A stretch of 64,000 nt of DNA, taken from assembly GCA_963575745.1 (NCBI GenBank), contig CAUYUJ010000240.1, positions 1 through 64,000 on the forward strand. The letters run 5' to 3'. Below the pieces are notes generated by a model. That model did not search any database and was not told the origin of the DNA. It saw nothing but the letters and a program-made list of their open reading frames with translations. The translations under genes were made by a program, and so were the position numbers. This document shows positions 23,141 through 36,317 of this stretch, piece after piece. The first letter of the stretch is position 1, and each line of letters begins with the position of its first letter. Origin of the DNA: Prorocentrum cordatum. Lineage: Eukaryota.

Positions 23141-24919
23141 CTCGAGGCCAGAAGCGCACCACACTCGACGCCCACACTCGCCGGACACACTCGCGCCCAC
23201 ACTCCGTGCCGACACTCGCGCTCCATACTCGCCTTTCGCACTCGCGCACTCTCGCACCCCACACTGCATGCCCACACTCGAACCCCACACTCACACCCCA
23301 CACTCTGGGGCACACGGTGCTTCTTCACGTGAAGCACCCTTTCCAAGGGCTCGCACCCCGTTTTTGGGAAAGCGAAGGGTCGCCCAACCTGGGCCCCTGG
23401 CCCCCGACCTACAGCAACAATGGCTCCCGCCGGAGACTCCCCCACAGGTATTCTCCAATGGCGCTCTCGCGCGGGACGTCCTCACATCTTATGGAAAGGG
23501 ATCGCGCCCTCAAGTGGGACGCCTTCGCAGTTAGTGCAGACGCCGCGCTTTCGACACTCAGGAATCGCGCTTTCGCTGCGGATTTCCTGGCGATGTATTT
23601 GGGGATTGCGTTGTCGCTGGAGTTCTCCATGCGATTCATGCAGTGCGCACGTTTCAGCAACCCGCCTGCTCGACCGACTCATGCAGGACGCGCCATTCAG
23701 CAACCCGCCTGCTCGACTTGGCCGCCTGGGCCCGCTTTCCCAACCCGCCCGAGCTGCCCGTGTGGTTCTGCCATGTGTTTTCTGCTCCTGGCTCCCTTCC
23801 TGCTACTCTCTCTCGTGCTCCATCCTCCTCCCTCCCCTTTGTCAGCTCGTTTCATCCATCCTCCCTCCCCCTGCCTTAGGGGCTGCACGAAATACGCGCT
23901 GCAGGTAAGAAGAAGATATCACCAAGGGGGTACGATCGGAGACGAACAAGGCGGGTATAGAGGGTTTGGGACATACGCGCGGAAGAGCGAGCAGCCTTGA
24001 ACTGATTGTTGTTGTTGTTGTTGCTGCTGTTGCTTCTGCTGCTGTTGTTGTTGGTGCTGTTGCTGTTGGTGTAGCTGTTGGGTTTTCATGTCTAAAGAAC
24101 AATTATTGTTGAAGCCCTGCATTTCTGTTACCACGGACAACTGGGTGTGACCAAACTGGGCCGTTGGGCCCCGAACCATGACAGCAACGGCTCCCGCCGA
24201 ACACGCGCGGGACGCCCTCGCGATTTCTTAGGGCGCCGCGCCCGCGACACTCCGGCAGCACGCTCTCGCCGTGAATTTTCCGGACGACTCACTGCGGAAT
24301 CCTGCTGTCGCTCAGGACTTCCTCGCGATTCATGCAGGAGGTCGGCAGCCCGCCTGCTGGACCTGGCCGCCTGGGCACGTCCTCCGAACCCGCCCGATAG
24401 GGCCCACCCGCCCGCTCTGCCCGTCTGGTTCTGCCACGTGCTTTCTGCTCCTAACCCCCTTCCAGCTGGTCCCTGTCGTGCTCCATCCTCCTCCCTCCCC
24501 CATTGTCCGTTCCTTCCATCCGTCCTTTCTCCCCATGCCTTAGAGCCGGCGCGAAACACACGTTGCAGGTAAGAAAAATGTACCCGCAATGGGGGCACGA
24601 TCGAAGACGAAAAGGGCGGGTATCGACGGTTTGGGATACAGGTGTTGAAAGGCACGCGAGCAGATAGGAGTGACCAACCTTCAGAATATTGCTGTTGTTG
24701 CTGCTGCTGCTGTTTTTGGTGTTGAATGTTAATTACTAAACAATTTTACTGTTGGACCCCCCAGGCGCCTTGGCGCTCTCGCCTCGGCGCCGGCTAAATT
24801 GTCATTGAAAATGAAGCTCACGCTCGAGCGGTTTGGGGGGGCGCCAAAACCGGCCCCCCGATAACAACAACAACGTTCCTGCTCGAGACTTCCTTTTTTT
24901 TTCTCAGGGCCGGTGCCTT

Positions 24920-25560
24920 TGCTCGCCGCCGAAAGCCGCCGTCCCAACAAAACCAACGCTACCGCTCGGGACTTCCTCCCGTTTTACTTTGGACTGGCGC
25001 GCTACTCTTTCTCTCATCGGCGCCGCCACCAGCAAGAACAACGCTCCCGCTCGGGACGTCGTTTTTTTACTCAAGCCGGTGCGCCTCCTCGCCGCCGAAA
25101 ACCGCCGTCCCAACAAAACCAGCGCTACCGCTCGGGACTTCCTCCCGTTTTACCTTGGACTGGCGTGCTACTCTTTCTCTCATCGGCGCCGCCCCTAGCA
25201 AGAACAACGTTCCCTCTCGAGACGTCCTCTCTTTTTTACTCAAGCCGGTGCTCCTCCTCGCCGCCAAAAGCCGCCGTCCCAACAAAACCAGCACTACCGC
25301 TCGAGACTTGTTCCCGTTTTACGCTGGGCTCGCGTTTTTGTTGTTTTGCAACGGCGCCGCTCCCAGCAAGAACAACGCTCGAGGTTTCCTCATTTTCTCC
25401 ACAGGACGGTGCTGTTCCTCGCCGCCGACAGCCAACGTCCCGACAAAACCACGACTCCCGCTCGTCACTTCCTCCTTTCATACTCAAGGCGGTGTTCCTC
25501 CTCGCCGCCGACAACCGCTGTCCCAACAAAACCAGCGCTCCCGCTCGAGACTTCGTTTTG
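24920..25560. repeat. ~167-bp degenerate tandem repeat (GCCGCCGAAAGCCGCCGTCCCAACAAAACC...)
   Basis: Unit starts near 24925, 25091 and 25260, then decaying partial copies. Confidence 0.8.
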
Positions 25561-26542
25561 TTGGACGCTAAACTAGCGCTCTACTCTCTTCTGCATTGGC
25601 GCCGCTCTCAGCAACAGCAGCGGCCCTGCTCGAGATTTCCCCCATTTCTATTCAGGGCCAGGTCCTTGTCTCGCCGCCGACAACCCCCATCCCCACCAAG
25701 GCAATCCTGTCGCTCGATACTTCCTTGCGTTTTACCCTAAGGCCCTTGGCAGGGGCTCCACTGGCAGTCTCGCATCGGCGCAACAAGGCGTGGGCATGCG
25801 CTTTTCGAAGCGTGATATGTTGAATTTCCTCGGAGAAGGTGTTTGCAATACCTCATTGGGCGGGAGATCTGGGAATGGGAACAACGGACCCCGTCATAGA
25901 ACAAGATTCCCCAATGATGGGGATGGTTATCATGATGGTCGCAAACTTCGTGTGGAAGCATCGCGCACGCGGGTCAGATGATTGTCGTTGTCGTTGCTGC
26001 TGGTGTTGTTGTTGAGCTCTGATTTCTCAAGAACAATTGTTATTTATCCTCCCTGCCTGCGCGGTAATTATCCACTGGTTTGTTCAATTACTGTGCTCCT
26101 CCTGGGGCTCGCACCCTGCTTCTTAAAGGGGAGGCGAAGTGCCACCAAACTGGGCCCCTTCTTCCCCCGACTTACAACAACAACAACAACAACAATCAGT
26201 TTAAGTCTGTTCGCCCTTATCTGCTCGAGTGTCCAATGACGCGTATTTCCCAAACTCTCGATACCCGCCCTCTTCGTCTTCGATCGAAGCCCCCTTTTGG
26301 GGGGTATACCTTTCTTCCCTGCAGGCCGGGCCCCGGCAAGCGGCGGGGCGGTCGCTGACCGTCGGCCTGGCCAGCGGCAGCGCTGATCGGCGGGGCGGCC
26401 GCGGACCGTCGACGCGACCCCAAGAGGGACGGACAGGGGACCGACCACGACGACGACGACGACGCCGACGACGACGGCGACAACGACGACGACGGCGGCG
26501 GCGACGACGACGAGCGAAAGCGAGAGCGAGAGAGAACGACAG

Positions 26543-27297
26543 CAGGGCCACGAAGGACACGAAGTAGGCCACGAAGGGCGACAACGGGGGCACGAAGGAA
26601 ATTCGTACGGGGCCACGAAAAGCGCGAACGAGTGGGGGCCACGAAAGGCAGATAATGCGGAGCCACAGAGGGCAACGATGGGGCCACTGAGGGTAGCAAC
26701 TGGGCCACGTAGGACAGTGAGGGGGCCACAAACGGCGACAGCGGGGCCACGAAGGGCATGCACATGGGGCCAAAACGGGCGCGAACGAGCGGGGGCCACG
26801 AAGGGCATACGTATGCTGGACCGCGGAAGGCAAAAACGGGGCCATTGAGGGCAGCAACGGAGCCACGAAGGGTAGCGAGGGGGCCACGATCGGCGACAGC
26901 GGGGCCACGAATGGCATGCATATGGGGCCACCACGGGCGCGAACGAGCGGGGGCCACGAAGGGCATACATGTATGGGGCCACGAAGGGGAGCGAGGGGGC
27001 CACGAAGGGCTGCAACGGAGCCACGAAGGGCAACGAGGGGGCCACGAAGGGCACGGAGCCACGAAAGGCTGCAACGGGGCCACGACGGGCAGCGAGGGGG
27101 CCACGAAAGGCTGCAGCGGGGTCACGAAACGAAGCGAGAGGGGCCACGAAGGGCTGCAACAGGGCCACGAAAGGCTGCAACGGGGCCACGAAGGGCAGCG
27201 AGGAGGCCACGAGGGGCTGCAACGGGGCCACGGAACAAAGCGAGGGGGCCACGAAGGGCTGCAACGGGGCCGCGGAACAAAGCGAGGGGGCCACGAG
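26543..27297. repeat. GGGGCCACGA-core minisatellite (~19-22-nt period); shorter copy at ~29470-29700
   Basis: Dozens of GGGCCAC(GA) cores with short, related intervening sequence. Confidence 0.9.
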
Positions 27298-27755
27298 AAC
27301 CCGATTCCTAGGTAATCTGTGAGGGGGTCCTAAATGTGAGCGCGACTGGGTGCCTGGGTGTCGGGGGCGCGGCGATTGAGTAAATTTCAAGAAATTACAG
27401 CGCAAAGGCGCTATTCGTCGGTAAAATGCAAGCAAGTCTCGAACGCAAGCGCGACTCCAGAGCGCCGGGAAAACGATTCCTTACTACGTTGCAAGGAAGT
27501 CCCCAGCGAGAGCGCAATTTCTGCATAACATGCGAGGAGGTCTCGGGCGGGAGCGGGGGTCCTGGCTAAATTGTGAGGAAATCTTAAGCGGGGGCCGTTG
27601 TATTTGTGACCCGTGGGCCAAGGGCTCGGTTTGAGCATCCAGACTTTCCTTGTCAAAAAACAGGGCGCGAGCGTCGAATGGCACACTTTGATGGAGAAAT
27701 ACAATATGCACCGGTGGGGGGATCAAACATAATTGTTCTTCAGAAATGAAAACTC

Positions 27756-27810
<55 letters not shown>

Positions 27811-28149
27811 GCAACAATCATTCTAACACTGTTCGCTCTTACTTGCCCATGTGCCGTTCAAACCGAGTTCCCCGCACCCTCGGTACCCGCCTTTTGTCTT
27901 CGGCCACTCCCCCTTTGGAGGGATTATTTCTCTTTGCAAGAGGCGGCGGGCTTAGACAGGCGGGCAAACCTGAACGGGCGGACGATCCTTCGTGGGCGTA
28001 CATGTGCCCGCCATTCGAATTCGCGTGGGCCCTGCAAAGAAAGGAAGGGGGGAACGAGAAAGAGTGGGAGGAAGGGGGGGGCACGAAGAAACAAGGAAAA
28101 CGCTAGGAGAGGAGGAGCGAACAGGGGCGCGGGCGATTGATTAGAGGCA

Positions 28150-28460
28150 GAGAGAAATATATCTAGAGAGAGAGAGAGAGAACAAACCAACAACAACAGC
28201 AACAACAAAAGCAACAACAAAAAAACAGCAACAACAAACATAATATATGTAGAGAAAGAGAAAGAAAGAGAGAGGGGAGAGAGAGAGAGAGAGAGAAGGA
28301 GAGGGAGAGAAAGAAAGAGGGAGGGAGGAGACAGGAGAGGGAAGGGAAAAGGGAGAGGAGGGAGAGGGGATAGGGCAGAGAGGCATAAGGATGAGGGAAG
28401 AGAGGAGGGAGAGAGAAGGGAGTAGAAGGGGGGAGGGGGGAGAGGGAGGAGGACCAGGAA
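28150..28460. repeat. GA/CAA low-complexity tract
   Basis: Seen directly. Confidence 0.85.
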
Positions 28461-30117
28461 GGTAAGAGCGTGAACGTCCGAGGAAGTCCTGAACGAAAGC
28501 GCCGTTCCTGAAGGAAGTCTCGGGCGGGAGCCCACGACGGGCGGGCGATCCCTTGACGGGCGGGTCGGGCGGGTGGGACATTCAAGCGGGATGCATGAAT
28601 ATCGCGAGAGCGCGATCACTAAGTAAATTGTACTGGCGTCCTTGTCGCAGCGTGTGTCCTGAGCGTCGGAAGCGCGATTTCTGAATAGATTGCATGGAAG
28701 TCACACGCGAGAGCGCAATTCCTGAATAACATGTGAGGGGTTCTCTGGCGGGAACGGGGGTGCGAAGGAGTTTTGACTCAATTGCGAGGAGGTCTCAAGC
28801 TGGAGCGCCCTCCCTTGGTAAATTGTGAGGAAGTCTCAGATGGGAGCGGGGGTCCTGACTAAATTGAGAGGGCGTCACAGGCGGGACCACCGATCTTGAG
28901 TAAATTGTAAGGAAGTCTCAGGAGTGGGGGTCCTGAGTAAATTTCGAAGAAATCTCATGCGGGAGCCGTTGTTGTTGTAATCCGGGGGGGCAAAGGCCCA
29001 GTTTGAGCACGAAGACTGTCCCCGTAAAAAAAAGGTGCGAGCGCCGAGGGGCACACATTGATTCAAAATAGCAGTATGCACTGGTGAGGGGGGATCAGCA
29101 ACAATTTGTCATCAGACATGAAAATTCAACAACAACAATAACAATCAGTTTAAACCAGTTCGCCCTTATATGCTCGAGTGTCCAATAACGCGTATTTCCC
29201 AAATCCTCGATACCCGCCCTCTTCGTCTTCGATCGAAACCCCCTTTTGGGGGGTATACCTTTCTTCCCTGCAGGCCGGGCCCCGGCAAGCGGCGGGGCGG
29301 CCGCGGACCGTCGGCCTGGCCAGCGACAGCGCTGATCGGCGGGGCGGCCGCGGACTGTCGACCCGACCCCAAGAGGGACGGACAGGGGACCGACAACGAC
29401 GACGACGACGACGACGACGTCGAAGACGACGGCGACGACGAGCGAAAGCGAGAGCGAGAGAGAACGACAGCAGGGCCACGAAGGGCACGAAGTAGGCCAT
29501 GAAGGGCGGCAGCGGGGACACGAAGGGAATGCGCATGGGGCCACGAAGAGTGCGAACGAGCGGGGGCCACGAAGTGCAGATAGTGCGGGGCCACAGAAGG
29601 CAACTATGGGGCCACTGAGGGTAGCAACTTGGCCACGTAGGACAATGAGGGGGACACAAATGGCGACAGCGGGGTTACGAAGGGCATGCACATGGGACCA
29701 CAACGGGCGCGACTCCTGGGTGCTTGGGTGTCGGGAGCGCGGCGCTTGGGCAAATTGCAAGAAATTCCAACGCAAGGCTACAGTAAGTTGTAAGCAAGTC
29801 TCCAGCGAGAGCGCGACTCCAGAGCTCTGGGAGAGCGATTCCTCAATAAATTGCAAGGAAGTCCCAAGCGAGAGCGCGATTCCTGTACAAAATGCGAGGA
29901 AGTCTCGTGCGGGAGCAGGGGTCTTGCCTAAGTTGTAAGGAAGTCTCAGGCGGGAGCCGTTGTTGTTGTAACCCGGGGGCCAAGGGCCCAGTTTGAGCAG
30001 GAAGACTTTCCCTGTCAAAAAACAAGGTGCGAGCGTCGAGGGACACACTTTGATTGAGAAAAAACAATATGCACCAGTGGGGGGACCAACAATAATTATT
30101 CTTCAGAAATGAGAGCT

Positions 30118-31099
30118 CAACAACAACAACAACAACAACAATCATTTTACCCGAACGCGTGGTGTTCTCCCCAGTGCCAGGGTTTTCATACGACACCAGG
30201 CAATACCCCCACTTCGTGGGGGGGCATTACAAGCTCTACCAAATATCCAAACGACTCTTCGCGACCACCCAAACCCAGCTTCCCGCCCTATGACGTTGGG
30301 ACACTTCACTTCGTGGCGTGCGGACGACCGTGGCTACTACACTGGCGTGGGGTACACACCCACAGAACTTGGTCACTTATTCGGGGCGCGCATGTGCCCA
30401 GCATGGTGCAATTGTGCCATACAATACATAATACAGAGAGACAGAGAGAGAGAGACAGAGAGCAGACAGAGAGAGAGACAGAGAGAGACAGACAGAGAGA
30501 GAGACAGAGACAGAGAGAGAGAGCAGACAGAGAGAGAGACAGAGAGAGAGAGACAGAGATTTCGGCGTGCGCGCGCGAAGAAAAAACGAATCTGTCCCGC
30601 ATGGTATTATTTGACAGGGATGATGGCCCTGGCAGGTGCGCAACCGTTGTCGCAGAAGTTCGAAAAAGTTGCTCGCAAAAGCCCGTTTGACAGAAATGTT
30701 TAAAAAGTGTTGGGTTTCCTACGAATCCGCAAGAGCGCGCGGGATGAGATTTTGACATTTTTTTGTTGAAAAACCATTGGTTTTTTGATGTTTTTATGTT
30801 AAAATCGCTCCGAACACTAAGCTTTTGGAAGGATTTCGTCTTGCGCGCGCGAATGTCCACTTTACCTTATTTTTTGCAAGGGATTCTTGAAATTTGATTA
30901 TATTAGAACAAGAAATGTCATTTTATAGTGTTTTTTGCAAGGGAAAGCGGGGGGAACAAAACAACCGGATCTTGATCACATCGAATTACCTGAGGCTTCC
31001 TCACGAAAATGATGAAAATGTAGCTGCGGCCTAGGCGGCGCAGGGGGGCCGTGCACCAGGGGCCCCAACAATAATTATTCTTTAGAATTAATAATGTTC

Positions 31100-31132
<33 letters not shown>

Positions 31133-33280
31133 CATTTTACCCGAACGCTCAGTGTTCTCCCCAGTGCCAGGGTTTTCATGCGACGCCAGCCAATACCCCC
31201 ACTTCGTGGGGGGGCAATGCAAGCTCTACCAAACATCCACACGACTCTCGGGAACCACCCACACCCAGCTTCCCGCCCTATGACGTCAGGACACTTCACT
31301 TCGTGGCGCGCGGACGATCGTGGATACTACACTGGCGTGGAGTACACCTGGCAGGCGCGCGAACCCCGTTGCAAGAGCGTGCGAAAGTAGCTCGCGCGAG
31401 CTCATGTAACATAAATGTTGGAAAACCATTGGTTTTTTTAGGATTCGGACAGCGCGCGCGGGTGGAAATTTTGAAAAGTCGTGCAGGTGTTTTTCGAGGA
31501 CCTACGGTGCGATTCGTGTGATTTTATGATGCGCGGTGCTAAAATTCTTAAAAACCCAATGGTTTTTGGAGATTTCGGCGTGCGCGCGCGAAGAAAAAAC
31601 GAATATGTCCCGCATGGTATTATTTGACAGGGATGATGGCCCTGGCAGGTGCGCAAACGTTGTCGCAGAAGTTCGAAAAAGTTGCTCGCAAAAGCCCGTT
31701 TGACAGAATTGTTTAAAAAGTGTTGGTTTTCCTACGAATCCGCAAGAGCGCGCGGGATGAGATTTTGACAGTTTTTTATTTAAAAAACCATTGGGTTTTT
31801 GATGTTTTTATGTTGAAATCGCTCCGAAACCTAAGGTTTTGGAAGGATTTCGTCTTGCACGCGCGAATGTCCACTGTAGCTTATTTTTTGCAAGGGATTC
31901 TTGAAATTGGATTACATTTGAACAAGAAATTTCATTTTATAGTGTTTTTTGCAAGGGAAAACGGGGGGGAACAAAACAACCGGATCCGGTACTAATCCAC
32001 TTTTCTGAAGCTTTCGCGAAAAAATGATGAAAATGTAGCTGCGGCCTAGGTTTTGGAGGGGGGTCGTGTACCAGGGGTCCCAACAATAATTATTCTTTAG
32101 AAGTAATAAATGTTCAACAACAACAATCATTTTACCCGAACGCTCAGTGTTCTCACCAGTGCCAGGGTTTTCATGCGACGCGAGACAATACCCCCACTTC
32201 GTGGGGGGGCAGTTCAAGCTCTACCAAATATCCAAACGACTCTTCGCGACCACCCAAACCCAGCTTCCCGCCCTATGACGTTGGGACACTTCACTTCGTG
32301 GCGTGCGGACGACCGTGGCTACTACACTGGCGTGGGGTACACACCCACAGAACTTGGTCACTTATTCGGGGCGCGCGTGTGCCCAGCATCCTGCAATTGT
32401 GACATACAATACATGACACAGACAGACAAGAGAGAGACAGAGAGCAGACAGAGAGAGAGACAGAGAGAGCGGAGTTGGTCACATTTTTGGGGCAAGTTCC
32501 TAAGATCGTCGTGTTTTTTGTTGGTCTTGCGCGCGCGAATGTCCACTTTACTTTTTTTTGCAAGGGAGTATTGAAATTTGATTATGTTAGAACAAGAAAA
32601 AGTAGCTCGCGCGAGCTCATGTAACATAAATGTTGAAAAACCATTGGTTTTGTGGGAGTCGGACAGCGCGCGCGGGATGAAATTTGGACATTTTTTTTTG
32701 AAAAACCATTGGGTTTTTGATGTTTTTATGTTGAAATCGTTACGAAACCTAAGGTTCTGGAAGGATTTCGTCTTGCGCGCGCGAATGTCCACTTTACCTT
32801 ATTTTTTGCAAGGGATTATTGAAATTTGATTATGTTAGAACAAGAAAAAGTAGCTCGCGCGAGCTCATGTAACATAAATGTTGAAAAACCATTGGTTTTG
32901 TGGGATTCGGACAGCGCGCGCGGAAGGACATTTTGACAATTTTTTCTTAAAAAACCATTGGGTTTTTGATGTTTTTATGTTAAAATCGTTACGAAACCTA
33001 AGGTTTTGGAAGGATTTCGTCTTGCGCGCACGAATGTCCACTTTACCTTATTTTTTGCAAGGGATTCTTGCAATTTGATCAAGTAAGAACAAGAATTTTC
33101 ATTTTATGGTGTTTTTTGCAAGGGAAAACGGATTACAACAAAACAACCGGATCCGGTACCAATCGTTTTGCCTGAGACTTCCTCACGAAAATGATGAAAA
33201 TGTGGCTGCGGCCTAGGCGCGGCGGGGGGGTCGTGCACCAGGGGTCCCAACAATAATTATTCTTAAGAAGAAATAATGTT
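30118..33280. repeat. Three head-to-tail ~1-kb AT-rich units with internally shuffled sub-blocks
   Basis: Each unit opens with (CAA)n ATCATTTTACCCGAACGC (~30140, 31131, 32126) and closes with CCAGGGG(T/C)CCCAACAATAATTATTCT. Repeated AAAACCATTGG(G/T)TTTT near-palindromes and GCGCGCG tracts. Confidence 0.9.
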
Positions 33281-33334
<54 letters not shown>

Positions 33335-34002
33335 CGGCTCCCGCCTGATACTTCCACACAAGTTATTCCCAACATCGCGCTCTCGTGCGGGACTTCCTCG
33401 CAGTGTATGCAAGATCCGGCTCTCGCGCGGGCCGTCGTCGCAATGTATTCCGGCGCCGCGCCTTCGACACTCAGGCATCACGCTCTCGCTGTGGACTTCC
33501 TCACGATTTATTTGGGAATCGCGCTGCCGCCCAAGAACCGAACCAATTTACCCCGAACCGAAACGAACCGAACGGAACCGGGGACACGCTGTTTCTTTCT
33601 CGCGACTCATGCAGGACGCACGCTTCAGCAACCCGCCTGCTCGACCTGGCCACCTGGGCCAGCCTTCCCGACCCGCCTGTTAATGTCTACCCGCCCGATC
33701 TGCCCGTCTGTTTCTGCCACGTGTTTTCTGTTTCTAGCCCCCCCCCTGCTAGTCCTTTTCGTGCTCCATCCTCCTCCCTCCCCCTTGTCCCTTCCCTCGA
33801 TCCATCCTCTCTTCCCCTGCCGTAGGGGCTGCACGAAATACGCGCTGCAGGTACGAAAGGTATCCCCCCAAGGGGGCACGATCGAAGACGAAGGGGGCGG
33901 GTATCGAGGGTTCGGGATATACGTGTTGAGTGTCACGCGAGCAGATCAGAGAGAACAGCCTTAACATGAATCATGTTAATGTCGTCGTCGTCGTCGTCGT
34001 CG

Positions 34003-34040
<38 letters not shown>

Positions 34041-35501
34041 CTTGTTGTTGTTGCTGTTGTTGTCGTCGTCGTGCCCAACGCGACCTGGCCCCCGACCCAC
34101 CCGCGACCCACCCGCGAACCGCCCCGCGTCGCGCCCGCGACCCGCCCGCGACCCACTCCGCGACGCGTTGGCGACCCACCCGCGACCCACCCGCGAGCCG
34201 CCCTGCATCACTTCTGCGACCCACCCGCGACCCCTCTGCGACCCACCCACGGTGTTGTAGCAAAAGAGCGGCGCTTGCAGCGGGCTCGCTGCATACTTTG
34301 TACAAGCTAGGTGCCTGCGGCAGGCTTCTTTCAAAGCCTCGCAGACTGCCGACGTCCTCGCCGCCCCCTCACGCTTACCTGGAACTGCGGGGGGCCACGT
34401 TATTATCACGACGATGTCAGAGAAGTAGCAAGGCGTTACCTTTACATGTTATTTTCCACCTGACACGTAAGAGTTGTTAGATCTTAAGAAGAGGCCTCCC
34501 GACCCGCCCAGTCTGCATACCGCGGCCGCCAGATCCTCAGGTCCACCGAGTATCCCGCGAGTTTCCCGCCTCGCGCTCGATCTTAAGAACAAGCCTCCCG
34601 ATTCGCCCAATCTGCATTAACCGCGGCCGCCAGATCCCTGGGCGAGCTCTCCATCCCGAGTCTTTCTGTTGACGGCCGCAGGGCCTGGCGATGGCCCCCC
34701 AGAGGCCGAAAGCGGAGAAGCAGCTTCTGATTGGATGCTTCAGTGCGTCGGAGGCCTGGCACGATTCGTCCTCATCCCATGCCTGCTCGACGGAGGGACA
34801 GCGAAATGGGGGGCACCAGCTCAGGCGGGGACACGTTGACCTGGAATCGGCGATACAAGACCGATGGATCGGGCACAGGCCCCCGTTCGCGAAGCCGAGC
34901 GTTCCTGGGCAGGGTGGGCTATACCAGGCCCCCATATCCGCGATCCATGGGCGATCAGGGCTCGGTGCGTCTCCCGTGGGGAGCCGATCCAAAGGAAGGA
35001 GCGACTGCATAAACGCAAACTTTCGGACCTCCCGCGATTAATGTTTTATGCTGCACTCTCTTCCTCGACTCCCCCCCCCCAAGACGTGGCCCCTCAGAGG
35101 CTTGCCCGACCGTCTGCTCCTCGGCACCCTCCAGGAGCCCGCCCTGCGCCACCACGGCGCGCTGCAGGTGCGCCAGATGCCACAGCGCGCGGTCCGCCGC
35201 GGTGAAGCGGCAGTGGCACAGGCAGCACACCTCCCGCGCCTCCGCCGGTGCGCCGGCCGCTGCCATCGACGGCCCGGCGGCGCTGGCCTGGGGAGCCCTG
35301 GCCGGCTGGTGCGCGGCGCGCCTCGGAAGACGACGCCGACTGTACATCCGCCGATCCCGGCCAGGCCCACCCTGGGCCCAGGATCGCTGGATAGGCCGCC
35401 CTGGCCTGGCCAGCACCGACCCTGAGCCCAGGATCGGACTGGCCAGCATTGGTGTAACTAGGTGTAAATCGAGGCCCTGCAGATGGGGTCGGAGCAGATG
35501 G

Positions 35502-35648
35502 GGTCGGAGGATCGCGCTGCATCGCCCATGCATCGCCGATGTATCAGCGACGTCGGCGGCGTATCGGCGACGTCGCCGTGGAGAAAAATCAGGCTCCGCA
35601 CCGCGCCGCATCGGCGATGCAGCGGTGATGCGGCGCGATCCTCCGACC
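35502..35648. mobile_element. Small fold-back/MITE-like element with ~40-bp inverted repeats
   Basis: GGTCGGAGGATCGCGCTGCATCGCCCATGCATCGCCGATG (35502-35541) is nearly the reverse complement of 35609-35648. Confidence 0.6.
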
Positions 35649-35892
35649 ACACCTAGGAGACCTAGAGTACAGTGGGGAAGCTACAAGATACCGATACCAC
35701 TACTCCGCATACCTCTCCCGGGGTGCGCTCTGACCCGGATTCCGGGGCGCGAGTCCAGCGGGTGGCGACGAGGGCCTCCCTGGAGCCCCCCCCGCAACAC
35801 GGGGCAAATGGGCGCAGGGCAGAGGCATGGGTACGCTTTTGTCCCTCCTCTGCTGCGGTGGGCGCCTTCTTTGGACGCCCGGAATGGGCACG

Positions 35893-36060
35893 GAAACAAT
35901 GGGCACAACGCCCAACAGCAAATGTTGCCCCGAACCAACAGCGGCCGCTGTTGGGCAGGCGGCCTTCTGTCTCGAATGGACACAGGCCGCGGCGGCGCGG
36001 ACAGCGAGTCCTGCTCAAACGGAGCAAGATCCGCTGTTGGGCATCGTACCCATTCTTTCC
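35893..36060. mobile_element. MITE-like element with ~27-bp TIRs; related partial copy at ~16865-17003
   Basis: GAAACAATGGGCACAACGCCCAACAGC ... GCTGTTGGGCATCGTACCCATTCTTTC. Confidence 0.55.
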
Positions 36061-36063
36061 CGA

Positions 36064-36198
36064 CCAGCCATAACTGGGGGAGCTGTGGTCCTTACACCCC
36101 TGGGGGAACTCATCGCATCGACGATCTCTCGAGAGGGGTGTCGAAATCGATGGGTCCCCCAGGGGGGTATGGACCACAGCTCCCCCAATTGTGGCTGG
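36064..36198. mobile_element. Fold-back/MITE-like element with ~50-bp near-perfect inverted repeats
   Basis: CCAGCCATAACTGGGGGAGCTGTGGTCC... (36064-36115) versus ...GGACCACAGCTCCCCCAATTGTGGCTGG (36148-36198). Confidence 0.7.
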
Positions 36199-36317
36199 CC
36201 TGTCTTCCCGTGCCCATCTCGTTCGTGCAGACCCTCCGACCTCGGGCACCCGCTGCGGCCCGGCGGTTGACCGCGCGGGTGGCGAGCCGGCGGGCGGCGC
36301 GGGAGTGCGGCGGTCCG

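Larger units (their letters stand above)
23330..34070. repeat. ~11-kb mosaic of non-coding repeat modules separated by (CAA/TTG)n tracts
   Basis: Module A at ~23640-24000, 24330-24670 and 33600-33960. Module B at ~26200-26770 and 29150-29700. A linker module at ~27590-27760, 28960-29130 and 29950-30120. Confidence 0.85.

Noticed and set aside
23140..23160. SL-like CTTCTGGCCTCGAG upstream of the decayed Copia gag
   Set aside because: Needs two mismatches and an insertion in 13 nt, and the CCGTAGCC half is absent.
17300..23400. LTR pair for the decayed Copia-like element
   Set aside because: No direct repeat or TSD could be found at either side by eye.
26543..27297. GGGCCACGA array as a CRISPR-like locus
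   Set aside because: The core is only ~10 nt, the intervening sequences are ~10 nt and related to each other, and there are no cas genes; it is a minisatellite.
26068..27435. 455-aa PFVAP-repeat ORF
   Set aside because: Read-through of the minisatellite; several frames are open and there is no domain signal.
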